From assembly GCF_006345805.1 (NCBI RefSeq), contig NC_043007.1, positions 12,400,001-12,464,000 of the forward strand: 64,000 nucleotides of DNA, written 5' to 3'. A program made the translations under genes and the position numbers. Shown here piece after piece: positions 24,055 through 37,335 of this stretch (position 1 is the stretch's first letter; every line of letters begins with the position of its first letter). Under the pieces are notes generated by a model that was given only the letters and a program-made list of their open reading frames with translations, was not told the DNA's origin and did not search any database. This DNA comes from Octopus sinensis. Taxonomy: Eukaryota.

Positions 24055-24097
24055 GCACCTGAAAAAGGCTGGAGGGAACACTAGCCAAAACCTTGTG
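24055..24097 (+). ncRNA. Decayed hammerhead ribozyme-like motif
   Basis: cac-CTGAAAA-a-GGCT(g)-gagggaacac-(t)AGCC-AAAAC-CTT-gtg; stems I and II pair, core mutated at three positions. Confidence 0.35.
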
Positions 24098-24534
24098 ACC
24101 ATAACAACCTGGTTGAGGAAACAAATGGGTTCAGATATAAGCATAAGGCCAACAATTTTGAGGGGAGGGGAATAGTCAATATCACAGAATTCCTTCCCTG
24201 ATTATATCTTTCCCAAAGGTGTTAACTTACTAAGGTTCAAGAACAGGGCTGATTCAAGAAGGAAGAGGTTCAGGTTGTATGTAGAGCTAGTGTCCAGAGA
24301 GCTAAGAAAGCACCCATAATTATCTGCTAGACCCTTCTCTTGAATTCTAAATTCAACATGGATGGGACCCAAAAATAGTTTTGTTCAGCCATGGCAAATA
24401 TCTCTTGGATAGCATGTTCAAGATGAAAACAACATGCCATCAGGTTCACCTGCCTAGGAGAGCCTGCAAAGAACACGGGTCATTGCTTCTTCCTTCAGAA
24501 AGAACAAGTGAAAATGAAAGACAAATTTCACATA

Positions 24535-24900
24535 GACGTAGGAGTGGCTGTGTGGTAAGTAGCTTGCTTACCAACCGCATGGTTCCAGGTTCAGTCCCAC
24601 TGCGTGGCACCTTGGGCAAGTGTCTTCTACTATAGCCTCGGGAAAGTGAAAGATGCCCGTCGTATATATGTGTGCGTGTGTGTGTGTGTTTGTCTGTCTG
24701 TGTTTGTCCCCCCAACATAGCTTGACAACCGATGGAGGTGTGTTTACGTCCCCATAACTTAGCGGTTCGGCAAAAGAAACAGATAGAATAAGTACTAGGA
24801 TTCCAAAGAATAAGTCCTGGGGTCAATTTGCTCGACTAAAGGCGGTGCTCCAGCATGGCCACAGTCAAATGACTGAAACAAGTAAAAGAGTAAAGAGAGA
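24535..24900 (+). mobile_element. Family B SINE with internal deletion
   Basis: Lacks the ccgaccaaagccttgtgagtggatttgg segment. Confidence 0.88.
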
Positions 24901-25051
24901 GAGTATAACAAATAAGATACAAATGAAAGTATTTGGGGGACCCTACACATACATACATACATACATACATACATACATACATACATACATACACACACAT
25001 ACATACACACATGCATACATACATGTATACATTACTACATTACTTTGTTGG

Positions 25052-25420
25052 TTGCAACAACGAGGGTTCCTGTTGATCCGATCAATGGAACAGCCTGCTT
25101 GTGGAATTAACGTGCAAGTGGCTGAGCACTCCACAGACACATGTACCCTTAACGAAGTTCTCGGAGAGATTCAGCGTGACACAGAGTGTGACAAGGCTGG
25201 CCCCTTGAAATATAGGTACAGCAGAAACACGAAGAAAGTGTAAGAGAAAGTTGGGATGAAAGAGTACAGCAGGGTTCTCCACTGCCCCTCTGCTGGAGCC
25301 TCATGGAGCTTTAGGTGTTTTCGCTCAATAAACACTCACAACGCCCGATCTGGGAATCAAAACCACGATCCTACGATCGCGAGTCCGCTGCCCTAACCAC
25401 TGGGCCATTGCACCTTCACA
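25052..25420 (-). mobile_element. Family D SINE
   Basis: As 4643-5027. Confidence 0.87.
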
Positions 25421-25555
25421 TACATAGACACATATATATACATACACATATATATACATACACATATAAATACATACACATATAAATACATACATATGTA
25501 TGTATATGTGAATACATATATACACACATGCATACACATACATATGTATGTAAAC

Positions 25556-25600
<45 letters not shown>

Positions 25601-25764
25601 AATAGATATATAGATATGGATATATATGTTTGCATGTATAGATAAATATGTACACATATATACACATATAAATACATCCATACATTTACGTGTGTGTATG
25701 TGTGTGTGTACATACATTCATACATTTATACACATGTGTGTATGCAAATACATATGTAGATGCA

Positions 25765-25815
<51 letters not shown>

Positions 25816-26289
25816 ACGCATGCATGTACGTCTTCCACAACCTCAATAAAATGTCATTGAAAACAACATTCACGTGAGGCAGTGAATTACAGCAACTGTC
25901 TGTTCCAACATACACAACCTTTGCAACCAGATACCCTGAGCAGCCACTACTTTTAGAAATATCAACAACACACAGGAATAATAAACAGAGTCACAATTCT
26001 AAAGAAGTTTGTTAATGAAGAAAACTCTATGCGGTCACTCTTTCTGCTAATAATAACAGCCAAATCGCACTTGAATTACATTCTGCCTATTTTAAAAAGA
26101 AACAGGGAGAAAACAGAAAAAAAAAATGCTTCCCAACCATATGGTTCCAGGTTCAGTCTCAATGTGTGGCACCTTGGGCAAGTGTCTTCTAATATAGCCT
26201 TGGGGCCAACCAAAGCGTTGCGAGCGAATTTGGTAGACGGAAACTGAAAGAAACCCATTGTACTGCTTGACAACAGGTGTCTCTCCTAA

Positions 26290-27157
26290 ATACTCACATA
26301 CATACTTACATACATACATACGTACATGGATATAGGCATGCACACTTGCATGCGTGCATACATGTACACACACACATACATACATACATACATACATACA
26401 TACATACATACATACATACATACATACACACATACATACATACATACATGCATACATAAATACATGCATGCATGCATACATACATACATGCATGCATACA
26501 TGCATGCATACATACATAAATACATGCATACATACATACATGCATACATACATACATACATGCATACATACATACATACATACATACATACATACATACA
26601 TACATACATACATACATGCATGCATACATACATACATACATGCATACAAATACATACATACATACATGCATACATGCATGCATGCATACATACATGCATG
26701 CATACATACATACATGCATGCATACATACATACATACATGCATGCATGCATGCATGCATACATACATAAATACATGCATACATACATACATGCATACATA
26801 CATACATACATGCATGCATACATACTACATACATACATACATACATACCTACATACATACATACATACATGCATGCATACATACATACATACATGCATAC
26901 AAATACATACATACATACATGCATACATGCATGCATGCATACATACATGCATGCATACATACATACATGCATGCATACATACATACATACATGCATGCAT
27001 GCATGCATGCATACATACATAAATACATGCATACATACATACATGCATACATACATACATACATGCATGCATACATACATACATACATGCATACAAATAC
27101 ATACATACATGCATACATACATACATGCATACATACATACACACATACATATATATC
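26290..27157. repeat. ~860-bp (CATA/CATG)n compound tetranucleotide array with internal higher-order duplication
   Basis: ORF-track peptides starting at 26616 and 26869 are identical for ~70 aa. Confidence 0.95.
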
Positions 27158-27865
27158 ATGAACTAACTGTTACTTTCTCAGATGCAGCACGGAATTTTGT
27201 CAGTGAACAGGTCGCGGTCTCAAAGCAATGAGACACATTAAATTTATATGTTGAAGTGAATCTAACCGTTTTTGTGTGTTTCTTAAATGGCTTATAAACA
27301 CCTTCCATGCTATAATTGTTTCCATTCCAGCACACGATCTCAGATCAGGTCACTTGCTATGCAAGTACATCTCCGTAATATATATATATATTATATATAT
27401 ATATATATATATGACAGACTTTGCACAGTTTCTGTTGACTAATTCACTCACAAAGTATTAAAGCATTGGTTGGTCAAGGACTATCGTTGAAGACACTTGA
27501 GCAAGGAGCCATACAGAGGAATTGAACCTGGATCCATGTGACTGGGAAGTAAACTGCTTAACCATATAGCTATGCCTGCACCTATATATATATGTATGCA
27601 TACTTGTGTGTGTGTGTGTGTGTATGCGTGTGTACATATGCATATGTGTGTAAGTGTGTAAGTGTGTGTGTGTAAACTTATTTTTTCCTGTTAAATACTT
27701 GAAACAAGTAATCAAAAAGCCTTTTTTTTTTAATTAAAATGTAGCTTAATCCTAAATGTGTAATAATGTTCACGATAGTGTATAATTATTTCAAGTAGGA
27801 GGAAGATGTTCTTAAATGAGTAAGAAGTAAAAAACAAAAAAAAACAAAAGGAAATATATTTTATA

Positions 27866-28262
27866 GGCACATGTGTGGCTGTGTGGTAAGAAGCTTGCTT
27901 TCCAACCACATGGTTCCGGGTTCAGTCCTACTGCATAGCACTGTGGGAATGCGTCTACAACTGTAGCCCCAGGTTGACCAATGCCTCGTGAGAGAATTTG
28001 ATAGACAGAAATTGTATGGAAGCACATCATAAACATGTGTGCATGTCTTTTTGTTTGTGCATGTTTCCCCCCACTCCTCACCAGTGTTGGTTTGTTTATG
28101 TTTCTGTAACTTAGCAGTTCAGCAAAAGAAGCCAATGGAATAAATGCCAAACAAATGAATTACAAAAAAATTAAGTACTGGGGTTAATTCATTCAACTGA
28201 ACACTTCAAGGCAATAAATACTCCAGCATGGCTGCTGTCCAATGATTAAAACAAGTATAAAG
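27866..28262 (+). mobile_element. Family B SINE, old/diverged
   Basis: ggctgtgtggtaagaagc...gattaaaacaagta. Confidence 0.75.
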
Positions 28263-28407
28263 CTAAAAGATAAAAGATTATAGACATTAAAAAAAAAACC
28301 CAATTAATTTTCTAATAAATCATCAAAAAAAAATTAATGAACTATAAAAAAAAATATAAATGCAACATCTTTTCCCAAAGTGCATCTGGCAACACTTATT
28401 TCTTAAA

Positions 28408-28409
<2 letters not shown>

Positions 28410-28457
<48 letters not shown>

Positions 28458-28556
28458 ATAATAGTAGTAGTAGTAGTAGTAGTAGCAGCAGCAGCAGTGG
28501 TAGTGGTAGTAGTAGTGGTGGTGGTAGTGCTGGTGGTGGTGGTAGTGCTGGTAGTG

Positions 28557-28590
<34 letters not shown>

Positions 28591-28618
28591 CAGCAGCAGC
28601 AGCAGCAACAGTAGCAGC
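28410..28618. repeat. (AGT)/(GGT)/(AGC) trinucleotide mosaic
   Basis: Direct inspection. Confidence 0.95.
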
Positions 28619-28699
28619 AAGACTTGTGTATGTGTGTGTGTGATATCTTTATTGAAAATATAATTCATGAAACAAAATGTCACATTGAAGAGCTGATGG

Positions 28700-28752
<53 letters not shown>

Positions 28753-29443
28753 TGTGTGTGTTTGAAGGGGGGGAGGGTTACAACTCGTGAGTCCAGAATT
28801 AAAAAGAGAAAACGGCAAAGATCTATTTTGAAATCTAAAAAACGATTAGATTGAAAGAAGAAACGAGATCAAAAATTGTTGGTCCAGACATTATTAGCAA
28901 GTCTGGCATTAAAAAAAAAAAACGGAAAAAAAAAAAAAAGAAAAAAAAGTCACATGGCTTACAAGTCTTAGATTAGATTCTCTCTAATGTAAACGCATCG
29001 ATAGCCTGCATTATTCCATTATTCACAAGTATCACATGTAGATCGGGCTGTTTCTAAAACACACACACACAGTCTCCCACCAACTCAGGCTTTTTTTCCC
29101 AAGTACTAATCACCCTCTTGGACTATTTTTCTTTCTTGAATATCAATGACCTTCTCTCTTTCTCGCTCTCTCTCTCTCTCTTAATTCTATATTAATGATA
29201 CAATCACCCAAATCTCACCACCACCACCACCCATTCTTTCCCAGTTTCCTAAAATGATTCACAAAGACTTTACTTATCACCTGCCTCCCAATCAGTCAGT
29301 AACGAAATCAGCTTGTTAATAATAATGTTCAATATATTCTGCTGTATGATACCAACAAGCAGATTAAACACAGCAATGGAATAAATAAAAAACCTAAACC
29401 CAGTCACTATCTGAGAAGTAAGCTTTCTCATAATACATATATT

Positions 29444-29782
29444 GTGAAGGCGCATGGCTCAGTGGTTAGAGCGTCAAGCTTACGATCGTGAGGTTGTGAG
29501 CTCGAATCCCGGACCGGGCTGCGTGTTGTGTTCTTGAGCAAGACACTTTATTTCACGTTGCTCCAGTTCATTCAGCTGTAGAAATGAGTTGCGACGTCAC
29601 AGGTACCAAGCTGTATCGGTCCCTTTGCCTTTCCCTTGGATAACACTGGTGGCGTGGAGAGGGGAGGCCGGTATGCATGGGCGACTGCTGGTCTTCCAAA
29701 AACAACCTTGGCCAGACTTCTGCCTGGGAGGGTAACTTTCTAGGTGCAATTCCATGGTCAGTGTCGTGACCGAAAGGGGTCC
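29444..29782 (+). mobile_element. Family F tRNA-derived SINE
   Basis: gtgaaggcgcatggctcagtggttagagc...ctcgaatcccgg; paralog at 54397. Confidence 0.9.
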
Positions 29783-29832
29783 CGACCGACCGGCCCGAAT
29801 ACATATTAATGTTAATGGTAGAGGGTACCTAT

Positions 29833-30060
29833 ATAAACCCTTTTAATACCAACCCAACTGAAACCACTCTCAATCTCTGAGACAAGCTTCCTTCTTTAAA
29901 GTAATCTAAGCTAAAATCTTCCACCAAAATTTGATGCCCATTTATGTTCCAAACACCAGTGCCATAATGACCAAGTGATTTTACTAAACATTCATTTTCT
30001 CCAACATTAATTCTAACAAAGACATCATGCTTCGACAGAAATTTGGTAACGAAAGAGCGA
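29833..30060 (+). mobile_element. Family K MITE, diverged
   Basis: aaacccttttaataccaacccaactgaaacc...aaaatcttccacc...atttatgttcc...gaaatttggtaacgaaag, collinear with the reverse complement of 31002-31140. Confidence 0.75.
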
Positions 30061-30379
30061 AATGTAGGCAAATAAAAAACATTAAAATAAAGGCACAAAG
30101 GAGTGCCATCAGATGGTAGAATATCGAGCAGTTTAAAGAAAACCGAATGTCAGAGCAAGACAAATAGAAAGATACCATATGCCAGAGCTGATCCACTTTA
30201 TATGCCTGCATGAAAATGCTGCCACAGTTGTTGTTGTCATAGTGACCATGGAGATGAGCTATCTGTCTGTTTCTCTAGTGATACAATCCCTATAATAATC
30301 CTTGGTCTATCTGCAGGGTTCCCTTTGATTCCAAGAAGTATATATATATAACAGACAAGATGCTGAAACTTTCCTGACA

Positions 30380-31140
30380 TTAAACCTTTTGTTACTGTAT
30401 TTATTTTGAGATGCTCTGTGTTTCTTTCCATTACTTTAAATGATGATGATGATGATGATGATAACAAAGAATTTAGCAAAATAACTTACCGTAAATCCTC
30501 GAGTATAGTCCGCCTTTAAGTATAATACGCAGGGGATTTTTAGGGGGTTGTACCTCTGAGAAACCTAAACCTTGTGTATAACACGCACCCCTACTCTAAC
30601 TTGAGTCAAGGAGGTCTATATAACATCCTTGGTTTGTAAAAATGTATACGGTAACGTCCTTTATTATTATGGTATATATAACATAATGCAAACGTGTAGC
30701 TTTTTTGTGCATTCTGTTTTCAGAAAATAAAGAAATAACAGTAATAACATTTAATAAATGTTGCTTACTGCAAGTTATGGATGATTTTTTATGACTTCAT
30801 TGCTTTCAGGCTTAGCTTAAGGTATTTTCCCACCCAACATCACAAAATACGTCTGAATAAACATTGCCGGACAGCAAATAGAGACTCCGACATTGCTTAG
30901 AAAATAATTTTCATTTTTAACCTCGTATATAGTACGCACTAGGGATTTTGACCTTTAAATTTTTGGAAAAAAATGCGGATTATACTTGAGGATTTACAGT
31001 AGTTATCATTCAGCTAGTGTTAGGAACATAAATTGTGACTAAGGTTTGGTGGAAGATTTTAATTCAGAACTTTTGAAAACAAGACATTTGTACCACAGAG
31101 CTAGAGCCAGTTACAGCCGGGTTGGTATCAAAAGGGTTAA
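30380..31140 (-). mobile_element. Family K TTAA-type MITE interrupted by another MITE
   Basis: Ends aaaagggttaa at 31140; the two halves rejoin across aaataac-TA-gttatc. Confidence 0.8.
30489..30999. mobile_element. Tc1/mariner(pogo)-type MITE, TA TSD
   Basis: TA|CCGTAAATCCTCGAGTATA ... TATACTTGAGGATTTACAG|TA. Confidence 0.88.
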
Positions 31141-31581
31141 ACTCAACAGTAACCAGCCCTGCACAAGACCCTTCATCATACACTCCACAGGAGCAGAGTA
31201 CAGTGCATCCTGATTCAGAAATTGCACACTTTATCTTCCCCGTACATAAATCTGCCAATTCATACCAATTATAATTATAACCTTCTGGAAGTTTCCTAAC
31301 CTACAACTTTCCAACAACAACTTGTAGGTGTCAGTTATGCAATTAGCAAGTTCAGTGTACTCCATTTTGCAACCACATGGTTCCAAAGGTTTGTGTGCAA
31401 TGTTGTTAGAATTATCACCTCTCTGTTTACATGGTGTCAAACGTGTGTTGTCATGTTGTATGTTTTCGTTACATACATATTTTTCTTTTTGATATTTTCA
31501 TTTGTTTACTTTTGTTATAGTTGGCGCCGACATAAGAATGTGTGCGCATGTGTGTATACGAGAGAGGGGTTAGTGTGTAGG

Positions 31582-31632
<51 letters not shown>

Positions 31633-31779
31633 CATGTGTGAGAGAGATAGAGAGAAAGTGTGAGTGATGTAGGTATGTGTGTGTGTTTATTGGCAGTATG
31701 ACCCTCTCAAAGTATAATAATATTGGTTTCAACATACGGCTTCACATCAAAATTCTTGCAAAACAAATCCAAGAACATG

Positions 31780-31808
31780 CATACATATACATATATATAT
31801 ATATATAT

Positions 31809-31845
<37 letters not shown>

Positions 31846-32027
31846 TATATACATACATATATATATATATATATACATACATATATATATATATATATAC
31901 ATACATATATATATATATATATACATACATATATATATATATATACATACATACATATATATATATATATACATACATATATATATATATATACATACAT
32001 ACATACATATATACATACATACATACT

Positions 32028-32078
<51 letters not shown>

Positions 32079-32205
32079 GTATGTGTATTATATATATATA
32101 TGTATGTGTATATATATATATGTATGTATATATATATATATGTATGTATATATATATGTATGTATGTATATATAATGTATGTTTGTATGTATATATATAT
32201 GTATG

Positions 32206-32251
<46 letters not shown>

Positions 32252-32265
32252 TACACACACACAAT
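31780..32265. repeat. (TA)/(CATA) compound microsatellite
   Basis: Direct inspection. Confidence 0.96.
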
Positions 32266-32689
32266 ATAAAACCAAAAAGGAGAAAGAGAGAGCAAATTTC
32301 AAAGGTCAGAGTTCATATTCACTGAATAATTTCAAAGCGTTGCAATGCTCCACAGCATACATTCATATACACAAAATATTATATAAAAATTTCTAAATAT
32401 ATAAATATATAAAAATACAAAATATATGGTTTAATTAGAGCTTGTTATTAACAATAACTCCCATTAATACAGAAGGAAAATGTAGTGCTTGTTGTGAGCC
32501 ATTTTGCCACTGACGGTGGACCGACCCTGGTATGTAGATATATTTATGTATTTATGAACTTAGTGTAACAATCCTGATGATTAGTAATATGAAATATGTC
32601 ATATTCTTTGGCACTTCTCTGAAATGGCCCCTAGATGTGATGTTTATATATTTTTCTTTCGCTGGTTTTAATGTCTTTAATACTTACTT

Positions 32690-33086
32690 TTTTACTTGTT
32701 TCAGTCACTTGACTGTGGCCATGCTGGAGCACCGCCTTTAGTCGAGCAAATCGACCCAACGACTTATTCTTTGTAAGCCCAGTACTTATTCTATCGGTCT
32801 CTTTTGCCGAACCGCTAAGTGACGGGGACGTAAACACACCAACATCGGTTGTCAAGCAATGCTAAGGGGACAAACACAGACACACACACATACACACATA
32901 TATATATATATGTATACATATATACAACGGGCTTCTTTCAGTTTCCGTCTACCAAATCCACTCACAAGGCTTTGGTCGGCCCGAGGCTATAGTAGAAGAC
33001 ACTTGCCCAAGATGCCATGCAGTGGGACTGAACCCGGAACCATGTGGTCGGTAAGCAAGCTACTTACCACACAACCACTCCTGCGC
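32690..33086 (-). mobile_element. Family B SINE, young full-length copy
   Basis: Near-consensus. Confidence 0.92.
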
Positions 33087-33611
33087 CTTTCAAGATAAAT
33101 TTTTAATTTCATCATACAATGTACGATTTTAAATGTAATTAAAAATGATATTTTCTTAAATTCAATTGCTTTTATTTAAATTCAATCGTACTTTATGCGT
33201 TGCATTGATATTGTCTATTTATATATATTAGTGTATTTTGAATTTTATTTCCATTTTATAGAGAATATATGTATTTATATAAGTTTTGGATGCAAATTTC
33301 AATTATGTTCTTTTAGACTTCACCTGCATTGCCTCTATAATAATGATATATAAAAATACATAAATGTACTTACAAGGTTGTATGTCTGTATTAAAATCAA
33401 TGAGGACATAAAAATATGCTGGTGGTGAATGGATAGTTGTAATCCATATAGATGAGAAAGCTGGTATAAAATGATTTTAAAAGGACACTTGACCCGGTGC
33501 AAAGTCGACAGCCGTTTCGAGAAGATATAGGTTGGTATGCGCAAGTTAATTCCAACCATAACAATCATCTATATTTCTCTCATATATATATACATAAAAA
33601 AAGATTAATAA

Positions 33612-33861
33612 ATGTGCCCTTTATAAAGTCTAGCCAGGCTGATGGGCCCGGTTTCCTGGTTTCTATGGCATGTGTGTTCCCCAGCTGGATCGGACGCCAG
33701 TCCATTGCAGCGTTACTCATTTTTGCCAGCTGAGTGGACTGGAGCAACGTGAAATGAAGTGTTTTGCTCAAGAACACAATGCATCGCCCGGTCCAGGAAT
33801 CGAAACCACAATCTTATGATCATAATGCTGACACCCTAACCACTAAGCCACATGCCTCCAC
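33612..33861 (-). mobile_element. Family G SINE
   Basis: As 6740-6988. Confidence 0.88.
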
Positions 33862-33943
33862 ATAACATATATATATATATATATATTAATAATATATATA
33901 CATATACATATATGCATATATACATACCTACATATATACATAC

Positions 33944-33982
<39 letters not shown>

Positions 33983-34896
33983 TACATACACACAATATAC
34001 ATACATTATATTAATATATATATATAGATATTATATATATACATACACACATATATACATACATTATATATATATATATATACATACACACATATATACA
34101 TACATATATATATATATGAATACATATATATATATACATGCAGGCATGCATGTATATGTGTATGTTCATGTCCATTTATATTTACAGTCTTAAAACTGGT
34201 GTTGTTTATGATTGTATTGCATAACTGAGCAGTTCAACAAAACGAGAGCAAATACATCAATATCGAAAGCCAGGGGTGGGGAGAAGTAAAAACCACTCCT
34301 CAACTTATATCAGCAACCTATTTAATAGACATGGTTATACTCAGTAGCATACCTGGGGAAGGACGATGGGGGCAATCTGCCCCAAGTAAAGCTTTTACCG
34401 AGACAGCACTTTTGAATTTACCAAATAAGCCGGTACAGGGGACAAAGGGATAGCGACTCAGGGGCTGCCATGGGTGGAACACACTCTAGCTACATCACTA
34501 CATTATCTTTATACATTTGCTGTTTCAAAGTAAAAACTGACCCTGTTGTTAAAAGCACGAGAATCTCAGCAAGCAGGAAGTAAAACTGCATCAACTACAT
34601 CCAACTTCCATTAATGCTTTCAAAGGATTTGATTATTTTTCCCCTGGTTGTTGAAGGATCATAATCTTTTTACGGACTACTTTATGAAAAATATGAAATG
34701 CAAATGTGATCAGAGAGGCCCAACTTTATTTGCATGGCAGTGCATAACATAATATTTACATTTTAAAATGATCGCAACATATAGTGTGTTCTCTCAACAA
34801 ATAGGAGGAAGTAACCAAATATCTCATTTAGTTCATTCATTCTTTGTTTGTTTTATGTCTGTTTTTCCAGGTTAGCATGGGTTAGATGAATATATT

Positions 34897-35105
34897 CTTT
34901 TCTACTCTAGGCACGAGGCCCGAAATTTTTGGGGAAGAGGCCAGTCGATTAGATCAACCCCAGTATGCAACGGGTACTTAATTTATCAACCCTGAAAGGA
35001 TGAAAGGCAAGTTGACCTCGGCGGAATTAGAACTCAGGACATAAAGACAAAGTACTGCTAAGCATTTCACCCCACGTGCTAACAATTCTGCCAGCTTACC
35101 GCCTT
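34897..35105 (-). mobile_element. Family C SINE (head + beta tail) with 17-bp TSD
   Basis: ggttagatgaatatatt at 34880-34896 and 35106-35122. Confidence 0.92.
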
Positions 35106-35271
35106 GGTTAGATGAATATATTATTAAGGCAATGTTTTACAGTCAGAGGTCCTTCCTGTTGGTAACCCTTACCTGTTTTTTAAGTAAGGGACTTCTTACC
35201 TGGCACATCTCCAGAGGTATGTGGTCAGAAGATGACATCTTGACAGGGGATGCATGACAACAACATTACCT

Positions 35272-35665
35272 AAAGGCGACAAGCTGGCAGAAACGCTAGC
35301 ACACCGGGCAAAATGCGTAGCCGTATTTCGTCTGCCGTTATGTTCTGAGTTCAAATTCTGTCGAGGTCAACTTTGCCTTTCATCCTTTCGGGGTCAATTA
35401 AATAAGTACCAGTTGCGCACTGGGGTTGATATAATCGACTTAATCGGTTTGTCTGTCCTTGTTTGTCCTCTCTGTGTTTAGCCCCTTGTGGGTAGTAAAG
35501 AAATAGGTATTTCGTCTGTCTTTACATTCTGAGTTCAAATTCTGCAGAGGTTGACTTTGCCTTTCATCCTTTTGGGGTCAATAAATTAAGTACCAGTTGC
35601 ATACTAGGGTCGATGTAATCGACTGGCCCCCCTCCCCCAAAATTTCTGGCCTTGTGCCTAGAGTA
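35272..35665 (+). mobile_element. Family C SINE, head-core-alpha + core-beta dimer
   Basis: Junction aaagaaatag|gtatttcgtc at ~35506. Confidence 0.9.
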
Positions 35666-36356
35666 CGAAAGAACATTACTCATAGCTTACACAGAGTACA
35701 AACATAAACAAACACACACACACACACACACATACATACAATGAGCTTCTTTTGGTTTCTGTCAACCAAATTCACTCACAAGGCTATGACTGAGCCAAGG
35801 CTGTAGCAGAAGACACTCGTCCCTGGCCTTCGCCAAGGCGCCACGCAGTGTGACTAAACCAGAACCCACATGACCAGGAAACGCATACAGCCATGCCTAT
35901 GCCTATAACAGAAGCTGAAACCAGTTGATCCATCTTCCTCTTTGGTTGCTGAAAGTCCTGCAGTTAAACCACAGCATCTGTTTTCGCAGACAGGTTAAAT
36001 ATATGTTTTATTAAACATATGGTTGCAAATCTGTTTACAAATTTAATCTCAAATATGCCACGTCAATGCTTTCAGCTAATGCATGCATGTGTGTGCGTGT
36101 CTCTGTGTGTGTGTGTGCATGTGTGTGTGTGTGTGTGTGTGTGTGTAGTCTGAATGAATATGCACATACCTTACAAGCATAAAACACTAAATCAACAACT
36201 GACACCTTATACACACACACACACACGCATACACATACACACACACACGCACACATATATATATATATGTATATGTAAACATATATGTACAAATACATGT
36301 ATATACATACATATACATATATATATATGTAAACATACATGTACAAATACATGTAT

Positions 36357-36405
<49 letters not shown>

Positions 36406-36721
36406 TATATATAGGTGCATGCATAAAAACATACATAGATACATACACACACACACATATATATACACACGTACCTATGGAGTATTAACGAGGTGATAGC
36501 ATCGTAGCAAACCAACCGAAGGGCAGGTGCAATACAGAAAGAACTAATTCAAAATTTAATCTTGCTTAAATCTCGTTGTGTCGCAGAAAAACAAATTAGA
36601 AACCAAATGTTATTTATGAAACAGAACAGCATTTGTGCTCAAATTATGAATACCAGAGAAAAATGTATGAAAATATTTATATAACTTATAAAACACATTT
36701 ATCTGATATATAATATTTATA

Positions 36722-37335
36722 TATTCTTTTCTACTCTAGGCACAAGGCATAAAAATTTGGGGGGAGGTTCCAGCCGATTAGATCAACCCCAATATGCAAC
36801 TGCTACTTAATTTATTGACCCTAAAAGGATGAAAGGCAAAGTCAACCTCGGCGGAATTTGAACTCAGAACATAAAGACATACGAAATACCTATTTCTTTA
36901 CTACCCACAAGGAGCTAAACACAGAGGGGACAAACAAGGATAAACAGATTGAGTTAATTACATCGATCCCAGTGTGTAACTGGTACTTATTTAATCGACC
37001 CCGAAAGGATGAAAGGCAAAGTCGACCTAGCAGAATTTGAACTCAGAACGTAGCGGCAGACGAAATACCACTAAGCATTTCACCCGGCGTGCTAACGTTT
37101 CTTATTTCTTTATTGCCCACAAAGGGCTAAACATAGAGGGGACAAACAAGGACAGAGAAAGGAATTAAGTCAATTACATCGACTCCAGTACGTAACTGGT
37201 ATTTATTTAATCGACCCTGAAAGGATGAAAGGCAAAGTCGACCTCGGCGGAATTTGAACTCAGAACGTAACGACAGACGAAATAGCGCTAAGTATTTCGC
37301 CCAGCGTGCTAACGATTCTATCAGCTCACCGCCCT
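36722..37335 (-). mobile_element. Family C trimer with two junction types
   Basis: Junctions gaaatacc|tatttc (~36889) and aacgtttc|ttatttc (~37100). Confidence 0.9.

Noticed and set aside
29829-30098. 89-aa minus-strand ORF (HDVFVRINVGENECLVKSLGHYGTGVWN...) that looks like a real exon with a pyrimidine-rich acceptor
   Set aside because: The DNA is collinear with the family K MITE (7060, 31002-31140), so it is an antisense reading of a diverged non-coding repeat
34333-34500. Possible hAT-type MITE (cagtagcatacct... / ...ctagctacatcact)
   Set aside because: Terminal inverted match too degenerate, and no 8-bp TSD found
34698-34735. Inverted pair of octamer motifs (ATGCAAAT / ATTTGCAT)
   Set aside because: AT-rich 8-mers are expected by chance at this composition, and there is no promoter context
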